Source of the DNA: Elusimicrobiota bacterium
GTDB taxonomy: Bacteria > Elusimicrobiota > Elusimicrobia > F11
Assembly: GCA_046153645.1 (NCBI GenBank)
Contig: JBJXGI010000044.1
Coordinates: 513-64,512 of the forward strand
Direction of reading: 5' to 3'
DNA length: 64,000 nucleotides
Position numbers and translations under genes: made by a program. This document shows positions 40,901-42,867 of this stretch, piece by piece. Every line of letters starts with the position of its first letter. Position 1 is the first letter of the stretch. The notes under the pieces were generated by a model, which was not told where the DNA came from, searched no databases, and worked only from the letters and a program-made list of their open reading frames with translations.

Positions 40901-41339
40901 CAATCAAGGTCTGCAAAATTTCAGTCATATTCGTTTGAGCTTCGGAATTAAGATGGATATCTTGTAAAAGGACAACAGGGGCAGAGTTTTTGTTATTTTC
41001 TTTTATGGGCGAGGGAGAATAAACTTCTTGAATTATTCCCGCTGTTAAAGGAATTTTCTCTAAAATATGTTGAAGCGGTTTGGAAATTTTCCCATTCCAT
41101 TTTTTTACAGCGGACATTTTTTGAGATGAAAGAGCTAAATCTTTACTCAGAGATGGAAGCTGGGTGAGCACATTGGAAACAGAGGAAGGAACAGACGCAA
41201 ATTGCTGAGAAGAAGCGGACGCTTTTTTTCTTTCACTCCATAAATCACTTTCTCTTTTAGACGCGAAAGCCACCTGTGTAGTGAAATAAACAAGACATAA
41301 AAAACCTGAAAAGACCCTCTTCCCAAACATGATTTGCAT
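10800..41339 (-). CDS. Giant 10,179-aa multi-pass membrane protein: signal peptide, conserved N-domain, two CPBP-like TM modules, six AAA+ modules, HExxH domain, vWA, eight TM-HExxH/helical repeats
   Basis: Uninterrupted 30.5-kb ORF; GPSGEGKT, GYQGGGKS, GETGVAKT Walker A motifs; HETGH; DVSGS...ITDG MIDAS; repeated PINxxN/GP/HExxH units. Confidence 0.9.
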   Translation of the reverse strand: MQIMFGKRVFSGFLCLVYFTTQVAFASKRESDLWSERKKASASSQQFASVPSSVSNVLTQLPSLSKDLALSSQKMSAVKKWNGKISKPLQHILEKIPLTAGIIQEVYSPSPIKENNKNSAPVVLLQDIHLNSEAQTNMTEILQTLIDQGQLNMVGVEGAFEKFDFSAFRSIEDKKVVSFVMASFFKNNRLAAPSYVGIMSQVEPPAFVGIDDEAHYDLNVNAYLSSQKLKEKTKRDLQLQKNKLNEEKRKVFPKSLNEFDALRENYHSGKISLGFYTQKISALADDFFDPTLEQFLSAYEMEAALRFKQVEIERRQVVERLAKTLNQEEMNLFLAQSVSYRAGQIGFGDYYQELKNLCQRKEIHLSQTPAFDAYIRYVGLADGIKADKLFEALEKLESFIVEKLAKTDLEKKIVAKSEYLLLVEKLIHFSLTASEWEKYKKLIPLSSRKGGEGQGEEGVANLTSFERFYVEADIRSEKMVGKLLKNPSPSPLPFYGRGLGRGQNPGTAVIVGGFHTPHITALFKKKNIPYIVVTPKLTKVDEAGASAYLSAFAREKTPLDRLFLGEKLFINPKKQNITSPSAYVEAMASVLSRLGTLKNILIAPVRIVHQKILVNLVVQKADDPANDQYKLKRELWVVVKEFIYQLPVYLMVILGPLLFSSPVVMTLGIILNLAMAYQFGKDHTGYSRNQQYFLMGLGFVFGGVFLIPGVINTLGIWSFVLSMGIHFIYNQVVWAIKRLAQNIPWIKPVANWFPFATISKEEEKEIQSKLEEYIKNFSSNKTSNKALLTEFIHYFTGIHNSFFDRTKSENKRLVREVIKIVLENEVEEVRLLGAALLHRIFRQLEPYVLDITDPDQKDFLKIILSSLVNALDPDDKNGAGSQIGSILRMNFNLWPHIFNTTDANDKRVVTKLLGFLVKNNGTTSRFNVETLIKHLNTFFEENNLKEENSVFLTLENLRILIELFPNINISVFKNWSSSGDVRSFASAIVKLFDELQYPKVVVIEQDDGSQKKVKIFRSTILKYLKRVSENEKDFETLVGIIVVSWGSYEERLSVSPAMAEDVFWDVWARLIDSDQNPNSTTDPGSQNTSLNLDVLQARLNSSSPLPSSTPKDADDLHEHIRNKLRQFVKSFSSEDDTAAYKKLVLDFVSYFSAIPKDFFGIEKLENQRIVREAINIILKNKNEDIGSFGAFALGQISQYVDNYVFDLNDSEDQIFLKTICLSFAKALDLFFKEAKYEVNRKFTLDVLMLCWHSLLSVINFSDFNERQLIKTVTIELTKGIDDRLMSKEIKKEVILTLENSFDLYEQRKIFLTMENFRVLIKALPKYNVELLGFWSTSNDVQAVSKIIHEAIVGIHSTKEVVISKEDGSLKVISISSQKIVDLLKRSSEREDKYDLLMRSLVMAWGAYERDHEKHPEMAEDAFWQVWAMLIDQDESSDSLLVSGSDGLGLNLGLAHNNSGSSSVNVPGVDELVQKYRRGNSRSFADLLGSFIFYRNAFFSFLYLELKIVFKEAPYFMPVYLLALASSAWPSDTTILIGLFAHAFMSFLFGRAHTLGRDGKPNTTKQKIFIGTVAFIFGASLFLPGVISVVGLSGILVLMGLQLLYNLTVGLLKKLSIVIPFIKPLTGWLPFLTIGGMGGLDPVELIRKSREAARKSRIAALRAKSTLTPSEAAELAALQAEGGETRTAIAALGLGSSIRAAVEQMASGDKNIWNDPVKLKSLVKFGEYQSSDAMIGIMYVLLNETPNLQTLGLLFDTFRGIVKGDIVEGESHFHGVVSIYLSTFFEGVAPSELSPKDIEAIQDMSVELFRAAEKLAAQSGNLSENAVTIRELIRFYVDFSNYYLRNANQGAHNLGDVIRQFILTAENIYGRVLVSPQARAEFTNKLFEMLRTTSKGATVIFRAQQLKQFSSENAAQTIANIMNFSDYENTEPERQDNLSPFERAIDARILRSRQSSRPLLLVTGSDDVMIVEDRLATLDKQDGRTVRFSASAFAKRKDLFGMLMPNKQMSVSERERLVLQAQTENGKILQALKVIFDVSDDAKNLIDEMNSHLGEIIKDDAVRSSLAVYLANPEAWQDTMSWRDGFLVEMARQAARDLDMQHTIIIDNAEALPGRVRVLLNPVLWEKQADIPDRREKVQIPPNVQFIFTMDQDSVVRDDSFLNRVLMQFTSSFNLSKAGYLVQKTGVTAEVEAQLFQLYHSLKKTSWQDAPDWNFSDLVHIGWRVAGRLKDKAGLDPAAIFSQEVEAYLKLNLSNRKDWLTLSQMLNELGIKRNGSIPALTFSAEGNIVFDGVEIVSNDQIKQHHQNFPSDSVEKALNHLYGFALTEMENRILSQLARDWKYGIRSVEIEGPSGEGKTEISRVFSKIINLKISERTINAATDLGDLRGRFVSDRNGGIQFEEAAYVSELEEGGYAHIFNEINTSPESRVYQWLYPETARQAVKTLPEFAAQESAGSSVRKVKPSENNMRFFTVNSEGTAGREPRPRRVAATVPRYRLGFDPNALPGLARQFFESDSDVAPHASTYAPILAEVHRAVWSAQNELNSIETTQPVTRRFLFRVIERMKSIKKKESSLTLQDIFIRAVGDIYCSSWRDLNEKNTVLKIVNDVLVRHGMPNIKENGEATLQLALLEDSPTMVFQDASGSSGGDVVMDLIGKIDSKAEKVRVPLSFYHDNKQWVGTWMPRGSNQNALAQLLQKLGGMRFQKLDYEIGLIGTFILQARLSSERVYVVLENYARLNKKIMPLLNEFLQTGELEALSTRLTQDNADELFELIVKEIKDRSVNFEKLTEGYPGPISVDDLKSDPTMRLAFARWFYTHQPKNLKWVATASSQEEIKIGGPELDRFAAVNISEKQGKEWVEKSVEGWLEKLNLGGINPKYKETLIEKVSHILQAYRDAASGGEAMYENLRLSINDLETLFSELFLEQKAHEKNETDFKKDLDKISYYTLSIGLPPSIRKKFDLAKEKMDHPEKNIGYRKEAGRDHWIFFADGISIETLYPVSEPEPTGFLAPTENHVRQMASSIIAWRHQRWSVIEGYQGGGKSALVQTMAQRMGVPHYDQLMFDGIDLGGFLGRLSTKKGELILTAQTDDDGKYLLDFLRAYQNGGAVNLDEGAVGTSSQKVIEFLCSLAALPSIDLSHYHPGYPGPPIKRHKNFRLFITQNPAGITQDRLPIPYEADSRAHKIWAENTLSFEDALLIINHHLGIVKAQISTPDLQPMKELMANIHLGFLAHHPNKDDLSPRQLILMSLGLKDAISQNKTSAAELKRAVFRGAMVAYFERLSLQERKTVLAKKDTATKSFNDLVEEFSTEWKGPLTIQPNNFGGVQIAESSGKTNVDKKEIRFTEEMESQNGALWSLAYGLSLGMPVALQEEVGADALDLVRKFAHQTNRELEILWSHGEMKRSHLVEALVPLFNANFNDYGVREQSVGREFKQALGFLASHMLTQDEYNRLSREPQHPEKILFFHMMDAIPERQRVILNLFLSRMGENRTLTIGDAEGRPVEYILPPWVGLVVSAPVNHRFSSPFMNRFLPVRVEPFSKDETRRLLLKRYPYIDDREFDWLWQIKEKAVELDTSGGFDVRYYFSPEDIFKLASAIQELKRRSWRPLKYDPLYYVLRAVQLIYLGALKDDDLKKFERDVVFNLLRDIFKKPIQEELISVSELSRYYRLLKQEVFEDFSNLQTQTVRKEVQLSDLKEGQDLPLPNGFRFRYSNKSEGKITLTTPARSYNLNMNALRNKLKVTDEITAYLNDSGDSIVVEYKILKRIGAFDLPQDPWNNDRALPVHETPTRAFMEMTPEHTIFLAEIINAWQPRSDKTQSPSEARSPRVVMVNGETGVAKTAGMVNAALITGTPLYVLNSYEDMRIADVFMSMGIEQGKIQLNIKELLARIGQIRPKGSDRSWQKIRVPGKTTSSRALVVWDEANVATALTHPLAPLFRGEKRFDFYYMGETWEVEIEEDVLLALTFNPAETYDSRQAFPSEIAGYAHKFWPANPARYPDPQLKTILTELTRRGVRSVQEALERRTTGSTETPEQEGYVPVSRQVIPSSHPDTKDMSSEDESEFLKGLKRYPNPDINDEWLRAIREQLQRAASSAEKEEPKKDDKPTSPMEAPSQPAVIENFKTNYDLDALKLAAATFRSGSIDFVEFGNRIVAPFLQAISDFQFTNEKPENFHIAQSIFNIAGQIDGALENAFRSIANIYNSEKGSIVEFNENIMIIRRILAQPGRDIFLLLKLVGESRDQYEMPYLFIKAEKIINHFSQWTPEHYDVIGIAADSPLRTQPLPQALVLENAPSPGLLGYWEGEFAVAFQNDTRAAIPETVPLDEALAWTVFHETGHMIDQRRYRAEAFPIPDNIELNPMLFPLIFVSPNNYLEFIRKWLKKIRDPEHVYGQAMKGILNGLRKICLERNEDGSETLEPGAGDEWITDAFESEKVDRVIDMLKKLPPTKVNKLAAEIYQKRSVYLNTAKPGSQEVTQGSGDGWERDFTAGVDKGYQQRVVGKVEKKVTVDSKNKKDRPRFTPGPKKDRGDGKGEKEKGPQTGPEKPSDSPDVKTGDSLLDISKIPAGLLEKFLKLFAGAPSEVRFLSGDGDEIDLDELAATRGNSDIFIRVESTRGRTRGHFAVTVDVSGSTHGDLNRTFVDMASQFVSLFHRAAVKNQEVKTGLAVHGDSYRSLLDPKDSHKAGKVKEALRILDQYPAAEENNFESVIRSIIDKHKKRDGLPILEIVITDGQVDCSESLLEEAHQKGIDIVIVGYNTPEVIKFPKSLNLPKGTDAQGMLKVLLSIAELKARRRDGKLPLEKNLGERLQLSSNENSSGEPKPINLSNSFVVLFATLLISGLIGYFMYSSSGAFGWNTIVMLAAVPVLLILQMALVLFIRVYDDINKKNLPNAPPLMMLWGTAAYSFREADFVQYDPESKAYQLNPALYYFLAPPAKDLSIFNKAKHYFLSFVIRTLLHILLISLHERIHAKNNGSEWTSYGIQMGLWISGIAFILFISQGLSWTSGFMIGALFVVISTVLTLMAMIREKDINSNKLHQFIETLSQPGIAHELIEGAVVTLMLKLRDKKELSDKELEVLSTLFDSFPADFYSKDPEVVKEWLGTLAINSKNKNAHLRFGSLSVLERILSKISGPFYLNSDSNFIKEKIQYLVPGLDDDSNEILFARLYIVQRFLYDAPADLFAISDDLLVETVIQFVAKNLDLFNPGSEREAIFEYLLSRVPPEFFKTDDPKKSALFVQVFDLLMNELKFKSSYPMTAHINPLIYLLKARPSLLTKKNLQSIIRTVKEYERVFQFSPEHIELIQPFKDLAPSEEVRSAAGAIIEALNIPDVFHVNITDLNGETKSLYFDFPKISAMLWKSAQNDRDFDLVFQTLQLAWNAKNNPREASPTAAENSFWITIAHLVYANRTSQDKNNNANPINIRNAAAAFGVTSALVLLVYGIGVGFGVNPSREGTTLLLVVPVFFLIQMLLTVFLQVAAKVGKNVLPTGPPIFVLWGYPARSFPGTNFIQYDPYHKVFQLNPVLHYFLGPAPKTASFPKIIIHAVVGFSFRFLIFVLAVRFHERLHAAGWRNELVVFGVQPLFLFGMFGGVVYAYLYAPMLFVIFPVIILIIIVFRDMAEDDLEILKKYTPQEYTSLTNASSLRKEIIRFLVLILNNDDKELRLASFIILRTYLRESGESLFNENDKELVKELLRNLVAHFIRSKDPNSNQVSNILSLLPEGFFVESDTKFAEEIITAVAENLKYENVFIRRKTIDLLGDLLFQLTGYFDDLNKETITGMTKWYENSPYDNLDQYKMLMLLQSKVTKKEIKQEIKQFQDKFFSKEIFHFFITSSSFFQFDPEDNITSSQLEPFQLFASQPDESNIPPFANVIVKVLRSQSSVEDKIEFFEMMKAFSQDDDSFDELSQVLGMTWRAYITQKISSEITAEDFFWNVVSSLIERYRSSQLSAKTNSADPINIRNAATAFGVTLALVLLVYGIGVGFGINPSREGTTLLLVVPVFFLIQMLLTVFLQVAAKVGKNVLPTGPPIFVLWGYPARSFPGTNFIEYDPYHKVFQLNPVLHYFLGPVPKDASTIEKLIHFAVGFTLRFVLFALAVPLHERLHAAGLRNELVTFGAQALVMVGVFSGIVYAFPGISTLFIIFPVIVLLAMLIYKKLKNNDIKILGKYLWLTIAPKLRKEATLILVSKLAEGNEKIQLESLEVLRANKNIFSRGLWNSSDMKLLKEILRNWGVHISQIDGIEKPKYRLSYELLSQFVAGIPNGLFQDTDQKNVEKLMAPFIEDLKNPNTEIRSHIIEMWGHFYFSLGSPFFGEDSKNFFKKVIDGLIWNLDKEPEIAAVSLTTLINIVSKYSYGGNDKNFIKTILKTISVMMVSREFKFSSKIELEFLGKFMSKISTNVFNEEDASFIREIFDLWVQYFEKNKNDVLIRNNKIRSDFIRIIDISSGDKLKTFFNKNLKYFSRFDSWMTNNNSGVLVEKAPQGYFDELDEETIKELAAFNFIEIKYKNYSQIMMLARLRTKVTNEKIKKEIQNVFDKLFTRENIRLFMDTFSENVDLALQPWQKDLMLLMESQSDEDDAPLLIKTILKVSEDQDSVIRHKDFMEMLINVSKNPGEFDVMVRALSMAWRGYEEEKKSSKVAAEDFFWNSVSSLIELHRSSQLSSNENSTNPINMKNAASAFGVTLALALLLYGLGVGFGLNPSREATALLIGIPVFFLIQMFFTIFLQVGAKIGKDRLPTGPPIFVLWGYPARSIPGTHFIEYDPSIKVFQLNPMLHYFLSAAPKNSSRVRKVIHASIGFTLRFILFSLAVPLHERLHAAGIKNELVAFGAQALVLVGVFTGIIYTFPNITTLFIVFPSIVLLSMLIYKKFKEDDLNIHIKYLKSPIISKLLLMEIIRIWISNLDDLDEKNRLKILELSSRYVNPISGSRFDPDAKMLIKELLWNCAAYYNRISGISGEERRLSYNILSRLILFLPNRLFTIDDQKFVEDLILPLLADFKNPDKAVRYQALEIWSNFFQKLSVSFFNQNKNLLEKIVDALIWDIEKGGDFKAISELMSLLSEYTYERNDKDFVKKVLRKMSSVLAPQQFNGSIQFELTFLGKFLSKVPKNVFNGEDVSFIEEIFGLWVQYFEKNWTFNSIKNDGIPLIYSFIKAINILPDEKLKEFFNNNFKYFFKFDSRTMDNLRLLLKKAPQGYLDELDEETIKELATFHSNTISYENFPQASVLTLLQSKITNEKLKKEIKKALDKLFTKENVRLFIVDHLSQNVDGGIQAWQRDFIRLIGLQPDDNSIPPFAKAIIKVLESQTSLVNYKDFLEMLVALSKDPEQFDALVQSLSMFWRGYEQGKISSEKAAEDFFWDVVSQLIARYKSPGLSEDPTKPNPINLKNSFAAFGVSAAIAAVAVLMAWGVYGWRAAPETEMLFKILLMPAILFFMLFGVVSGFSITGKFFEKYLPRGPSQLLTLWGVPVFPVSKTTFIQYDSAVKVFQVNPIFYYFLSPLPQNASPFIKVGHRFIGFSILVVLNLLLVPIHEKAHVIGEGNEFTVYTVQFLLWLVLVGSVLYLPNIIPWFSSITVLALFFGLASLLSVITIINSGNEKKNGEILSGIGLQHANFSLQKVIITVYMNSLQKTKGDDLKRALTGLSAWAYNSDAENYFNQNDKDLLKKTIEYLLENSDSNNRITIVSFLSSLMPKIPIEYFGKDDNDFISRIINVMVQWPIDLDGSLMLEDFLPLLSPDVFDKDNEDLFHGVLKFLISVMKKNTGNNDSDKLTHERAFICLASVFETAPAGYFKVSDKVVFGEIFAYFTGEMAPILASDSDLYFSVIRNTLTADPSLLTMENLRLFILVTPLNTSLLYSTERLGSVLVLFKVIASSDDVKMLADSMIGALWEQSFNDDPRLQIKFEDVYEMIQTASKNKDTFSQLAQLLIIARNAYLEDIDKGKSRQVANDAFWRVIAALVKMGQASQEASSEDNSNPINLKNSAAAFGVISALAFAVWGIGVGLLDWNPSGRGLVLLLVVPLFFLMQMFLVIGFMIATKVGKSFLPTGPPIFILWGYPARSVPGTSFIQYVSDGKVFQLNPVLHYFLSDAPKDASSFRRLIHFAIRLTLHFILFALAVPLHERFHGFFHSDYWEDEFFAFGFQVLMLMGMLSGMVYVCPDIATLFIIFPSIIILFMLIYRNIKKDDLEILRKYMGLRGTSPILRKEMIRVLVSNLSDKNEKVQLESLQVLRFNQNVISHTLFNFNDKELIKELLWNWITHLKNGPMVQGYDLGYDLFFKFLSSLPDKLFDKNDQKFIEELMATVLEDLENPDPLIQTRAMSILESFSKKLNDSFFNKNNEDFLRKVMGDLTRNLDKRKNNDFRPYNILKQIIESNSFDDINKDLLREIVKRFSVLLVDKEFDGTVQMELELLSAFMPKVSENIFNGESDEDVDFIQEIFGLWVQYFEKNWRYNSIENLGIPLIHSFLKTIDISPDEKLKIFFNDNFKYFFKFDARTRDNLLLLIEKTPPGYFDGLDDETIKDITAFDSNTISYENHPQVEMLTRLQTKIVKEKLKREIQEALDKIFNRENVRLFVSSFAQNLDHHFRPWQRDFIRFMGSQSDENPVSPFANAINQVLNNQSSLVNNKDFIEMLIDLSKDVNSFDLLIQTLSTTWRGYIDQKKSSEEAAEGFFWDVVSKLIAAHKASQNSSDATKPNPINLRNSAAAFGISLALAMVAVGLAWGVNGWRLGGMEIGLFTLMLLPAVFFSILFGVVLGFFVSGRLFEKYLPRGPSPLISLWGVPAFPVSGTHLIQYDPAIKVFQLNPILHYFLSPPSKNTFLLKRIIHRLIGFFILVLLNLLLVPFHEKSHVKGEQSEWTVYLLQFMLWIILAGSIIGLPAQVSWLTSSSVFMGLLGMAALLSVVTMIQSGRQKRNARIFKIIDLTRFFHDNKSLTKAIIKTLMNNFQQADESVLEENMRLTSVILSNINNNYFDKDDKGFLKIVIENLLNRSNSEYRKGINLFLMRLFEKIPAKYFTREDKEFILKVTESVILNLNDDPQVVLLKDFFKLVDKDFFVPSNKDLIKKIVVFLSDAMKAQSEETLLSRNLLNQSSNALDLLLGKLPNGFFDVDDQIIFGDLLSHLMTKMPGNFSSPVSLEVKGLGTLFRVCPSLLTLENLRLFIVSIPLTGWNSRGVGRSNLANILVSFYLHSPSEEVKSVADAIKGALYENLNTLPIPLPEPSPGEEKLSINFEEVAAMIWKYAESKINFSQLAQALIMLRNGFLVDVKTSSVAASNSFWYAISTLVERHKASQRAVNPINLKNSLAAFGVSIVIALVAVLIAWSVYGWHAEPVIKGLLVLLVMPALCFFVLLGVVFGFSVSGKLFEKYLPRGPSSILTLWGVPVFPVSGTNFIQYDPKVKVFQVNPIFYYFLSPLPQNASSFKKVGHWFVRLYILVVLNLLLVPLHEKLHQYGIKNELKVYLWQSISWIILGGFVLGLPAVIPWFSSGMVLILLFSVAALLSVITIIKSGNEKRNIEIFSGIKFSRANLVLQKMIVSSLMNRLQKTTGDDFNIILSILDDWVSNFVQGNFFNENDKDLLKKTIKYLLEKSVSNNRTKIVFFLLCLMPTIPREYFGKDDNEFISRTMNTLIRWPIDSDGLLMLREFFPLLSADIFDENNLVLSNNVLKFLISVIKNHSENDPASKDTQGKVVILLVDVFKTVPAGYFKVSDKVVFGEIFTTFTGKLAPWLASHPDLYSFVLRHVLVADSSLLTLENLRLFILATPLNASLVNNPERLGSVLLLFKENAPSNDAKMMADSMISALFEQVFNNNPDLQIKFEDIYEMIQQAAKNEIIFSQLAQALIIARNYYLRDIGEDKSPQVANDTFWGVIAALVEKSKASQRPAPGADDGTVLGWVKQTAATFIGFISGGKKNEVLTQVSPLLYDRDDQIQLRNLLLQVVEGTPLNLEIGQLTSSENTGTRIGNIAELVSRHLVDHPEELHQFGDLVRFVLTGEKKSGRAYFGGSLHGLMREIQNPRSEIAQNLSRPQIVVQFIGETNVKESIELARNEIKEAGKKNMPVIFRLVSKNSQIRSELEKLKASAPANVSIEIYDEKQAMNLSVAFKKGVISEDELQYSLFRFIAPASMKKEFRAFLDFSNIPQIDFKREKDRFRTYLMLTDTPNPLVIEFDHEQIQKLEDLDKLVRKILMQA
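11730..26891 (-). repeat. Eight intragenic tandem units of ~540-720 aa
   Basis: Units begin with PIN[LIM]xN at 26891, 25103, 23492, 21356, 19220, 17441, 15281 and 13481. Confidence 0.92.
39834..39882. repeat. In-frame palindromic element (CCCTCTCCC family)
   Basis: CCCTCTCCCGT-AAA-ACGGGAGAGGG at 39846-39870; encodes PSPSPLPFYGRGLGRG. Confidence 0.85.
39967..40010. repeat. In-frame palindromic element (CCCTCTCC family)
   Basis: CCCTCTCCTCCC-TTTC-GGGAGGAGAGGG at 39982-40009; encodes PLSSRKGGEGQGEEG. Confidence 0.85.
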
Positions 41340-41474
41340 GCCTAAATATACAGGAAAAGGCCGAAAAATTCACCTCAAAATCGGTTAAATTTCGATGAAT
41401 TTTTAAACCAGCCATCGATATAAAAACGCCTTGAAAAGAAGAGGTGAATTTCTTATGAAATCTTATAATTAAGT

Positions 41475-41744
41475 CTACAAACTACGCAGTAGCCGATCAT
41501 ATTCTGCATGGGCTCCCACCCAAATCCAAATAATCTCATCTTTTTCAATAATCCCTATTGCACGATATGTGATATTTATTCGAACAGAATAAATTGGTTG
41601 CGTAGAATGAATCCTTTTGAAATGAAGACTTGGATGATAGGGGTCTATCTTGAATAAAAAATAAGCCTCTTTTGCCTGTTTTCGAATTTTCAAAGGAAGT
41701 TTGGATAAAACTTTTCGAAATCGAGCAGAAGTACGTGATTTCAC
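41475..41744 (-). CDS. RelE/ParE-superfamily toxin
   Basis: 89 aa, basic; DPYHPSLHFK, YSVRI, YRAIG, WIWVGAHAEYD. Confidence 0.85.
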   Translation of the reverse strand: MKSRTSARFRKVLSKLPLKIRKQAKEAYFLFKIDPYHPSLHFKRIHSTQPIYSVRINITYRAIGIIEKDEIIWIWVGAHAEYDRLLRSL

Positions 41745-41959
41745 AATTTTTCTAGATTAAGAAGTTTTGTTTTTCCGCGATGATGTTCACTTAAAGCTTC
41801 TGCAGCCAGCCTTTCTAATACTTTTTCAGATTCAGAAAAGGATTTTTCCCAACGTCTTTCAGATTCAAGCTCAGCTAAGACTAACCGAGCAAGAGCATTT
41901 TGCTCCAACACAGGCAATTTTGAAGCCTTCGCAAAAGCTTCTTCTAACAAATGCGTCAT
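41741..41959 (-). CDS. Cognate type II antitoxin
   Basis: 72 aa, MTHLLEEAF...LPVLEQNALA...WEKSF; 4-bp overlap with the toxin start. Confidence 0.8.
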   Translation of the reverse strand: MTHLLEEAFAKASKLPVLEQNALARLVLAELESERRWEKSFSESEKVLERLAAEALSEHHRGKTKLLNLEKL

Positions 41960-42122
41960 AATTTCACCTCTTAACGAGATTTGAGAATGAAAGAATACTT
42001 CATTTCAAAAAACTTTTGTAGAGATTAAGTATCTTGAGAACCCAAACTGTGATGTAGAAGAAGTCAGAGATTCCAGTTTTTTTTGCCGATAAATCACTCA
42101 ATTTGCTAATTTCATTGTCCTT

Positions 42123-42863
42123 ATGGTTTTGGCTCAAATTTTACTGGCAACATTATGTGTGGGAATGGTTTCTTTTGTAGGGGTTTTTTTTATGGCCTCG
42201 AATCTAGATTCTAAAAAACTAACCTTTTATTTGATCAGCCTGGCTTCCGGCACTATGTTGGGCTCGGCTTTCCTTCATTTAATTCCTGAGGCACTATCGG
42301 TAGATTCTCATTTTTCTTTAATTCTCATTGCGGTGGGTATTTTTTTCTTTTTTATGCTTGAGAAATTTCTCATTTGGCGACATTGCCACACTCATGAACA
42401 TTTACCCAGCGAAAATAAACCCACCACTGCAAGTTTGGTTGTTATTACTGATGCCATTCACAATTTTATCGATGGAGCCATTATTGCCAGTTCTTTTTTG
42501 GTTTCCCCTGCTATTGGGTGGTCAACAACAACCGCTATCATCATGCATGAAATCCCTCAGGAAATTGGGGATTTTGGTGTTCTACTCCACTCAGGGTATT
42601 CCAAGAAAAAAGCGTTATTGGTTAATGGGTTAAGCGCGTCGGTGGCTCTCTTGGGAGCTGTGGTTACTTTCGTTTTTGTTGGAATAAGCCCTGTTATTCA
42701 GTCGCAATTCATTGCTATCACCGCGGGCGGATTTTTGTATATTGCTTTAGCGGATTTAATCCCCCAATTACACGAAAGAACGAAAATAAAAGAAACCATA
42801 CTTCAAATTATTTTACTCGCACTGGGGTTTTTAATCATGTTCCTCTTTGCACATAAAGGTTAA
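42123..42863 (+). CDS. ZIP-family metal transporter
   Basis: HLIPEA, His-rich loop HCHTHEH, DAIHNFIDG, HEIPQEIGDF, GGFLYIA. Confidence 0.92.
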   Translation: MVLAQILLATLCVGMVSFVGVFFMASNLDSKKLTFYLISLASGTMLGSAFLHLIPEALSVDSHFSLILIAVGIFFFFMLEKFLIWRHCHTHEHLPSENKPTTASLVVITDAIHNFIDGAIIASSFLVSPAIGWSTTTAIIMHEIPQEIGDFGVLLHSGYSKKKALLVNGLSASVALLGAVVTFVFVGISPVIQSQFIAITAGGFLYIALADLIPQLHERTKIKETILQIILLALGFLIMFLFAHKG

Positions 42864-42867
42864 ATTT

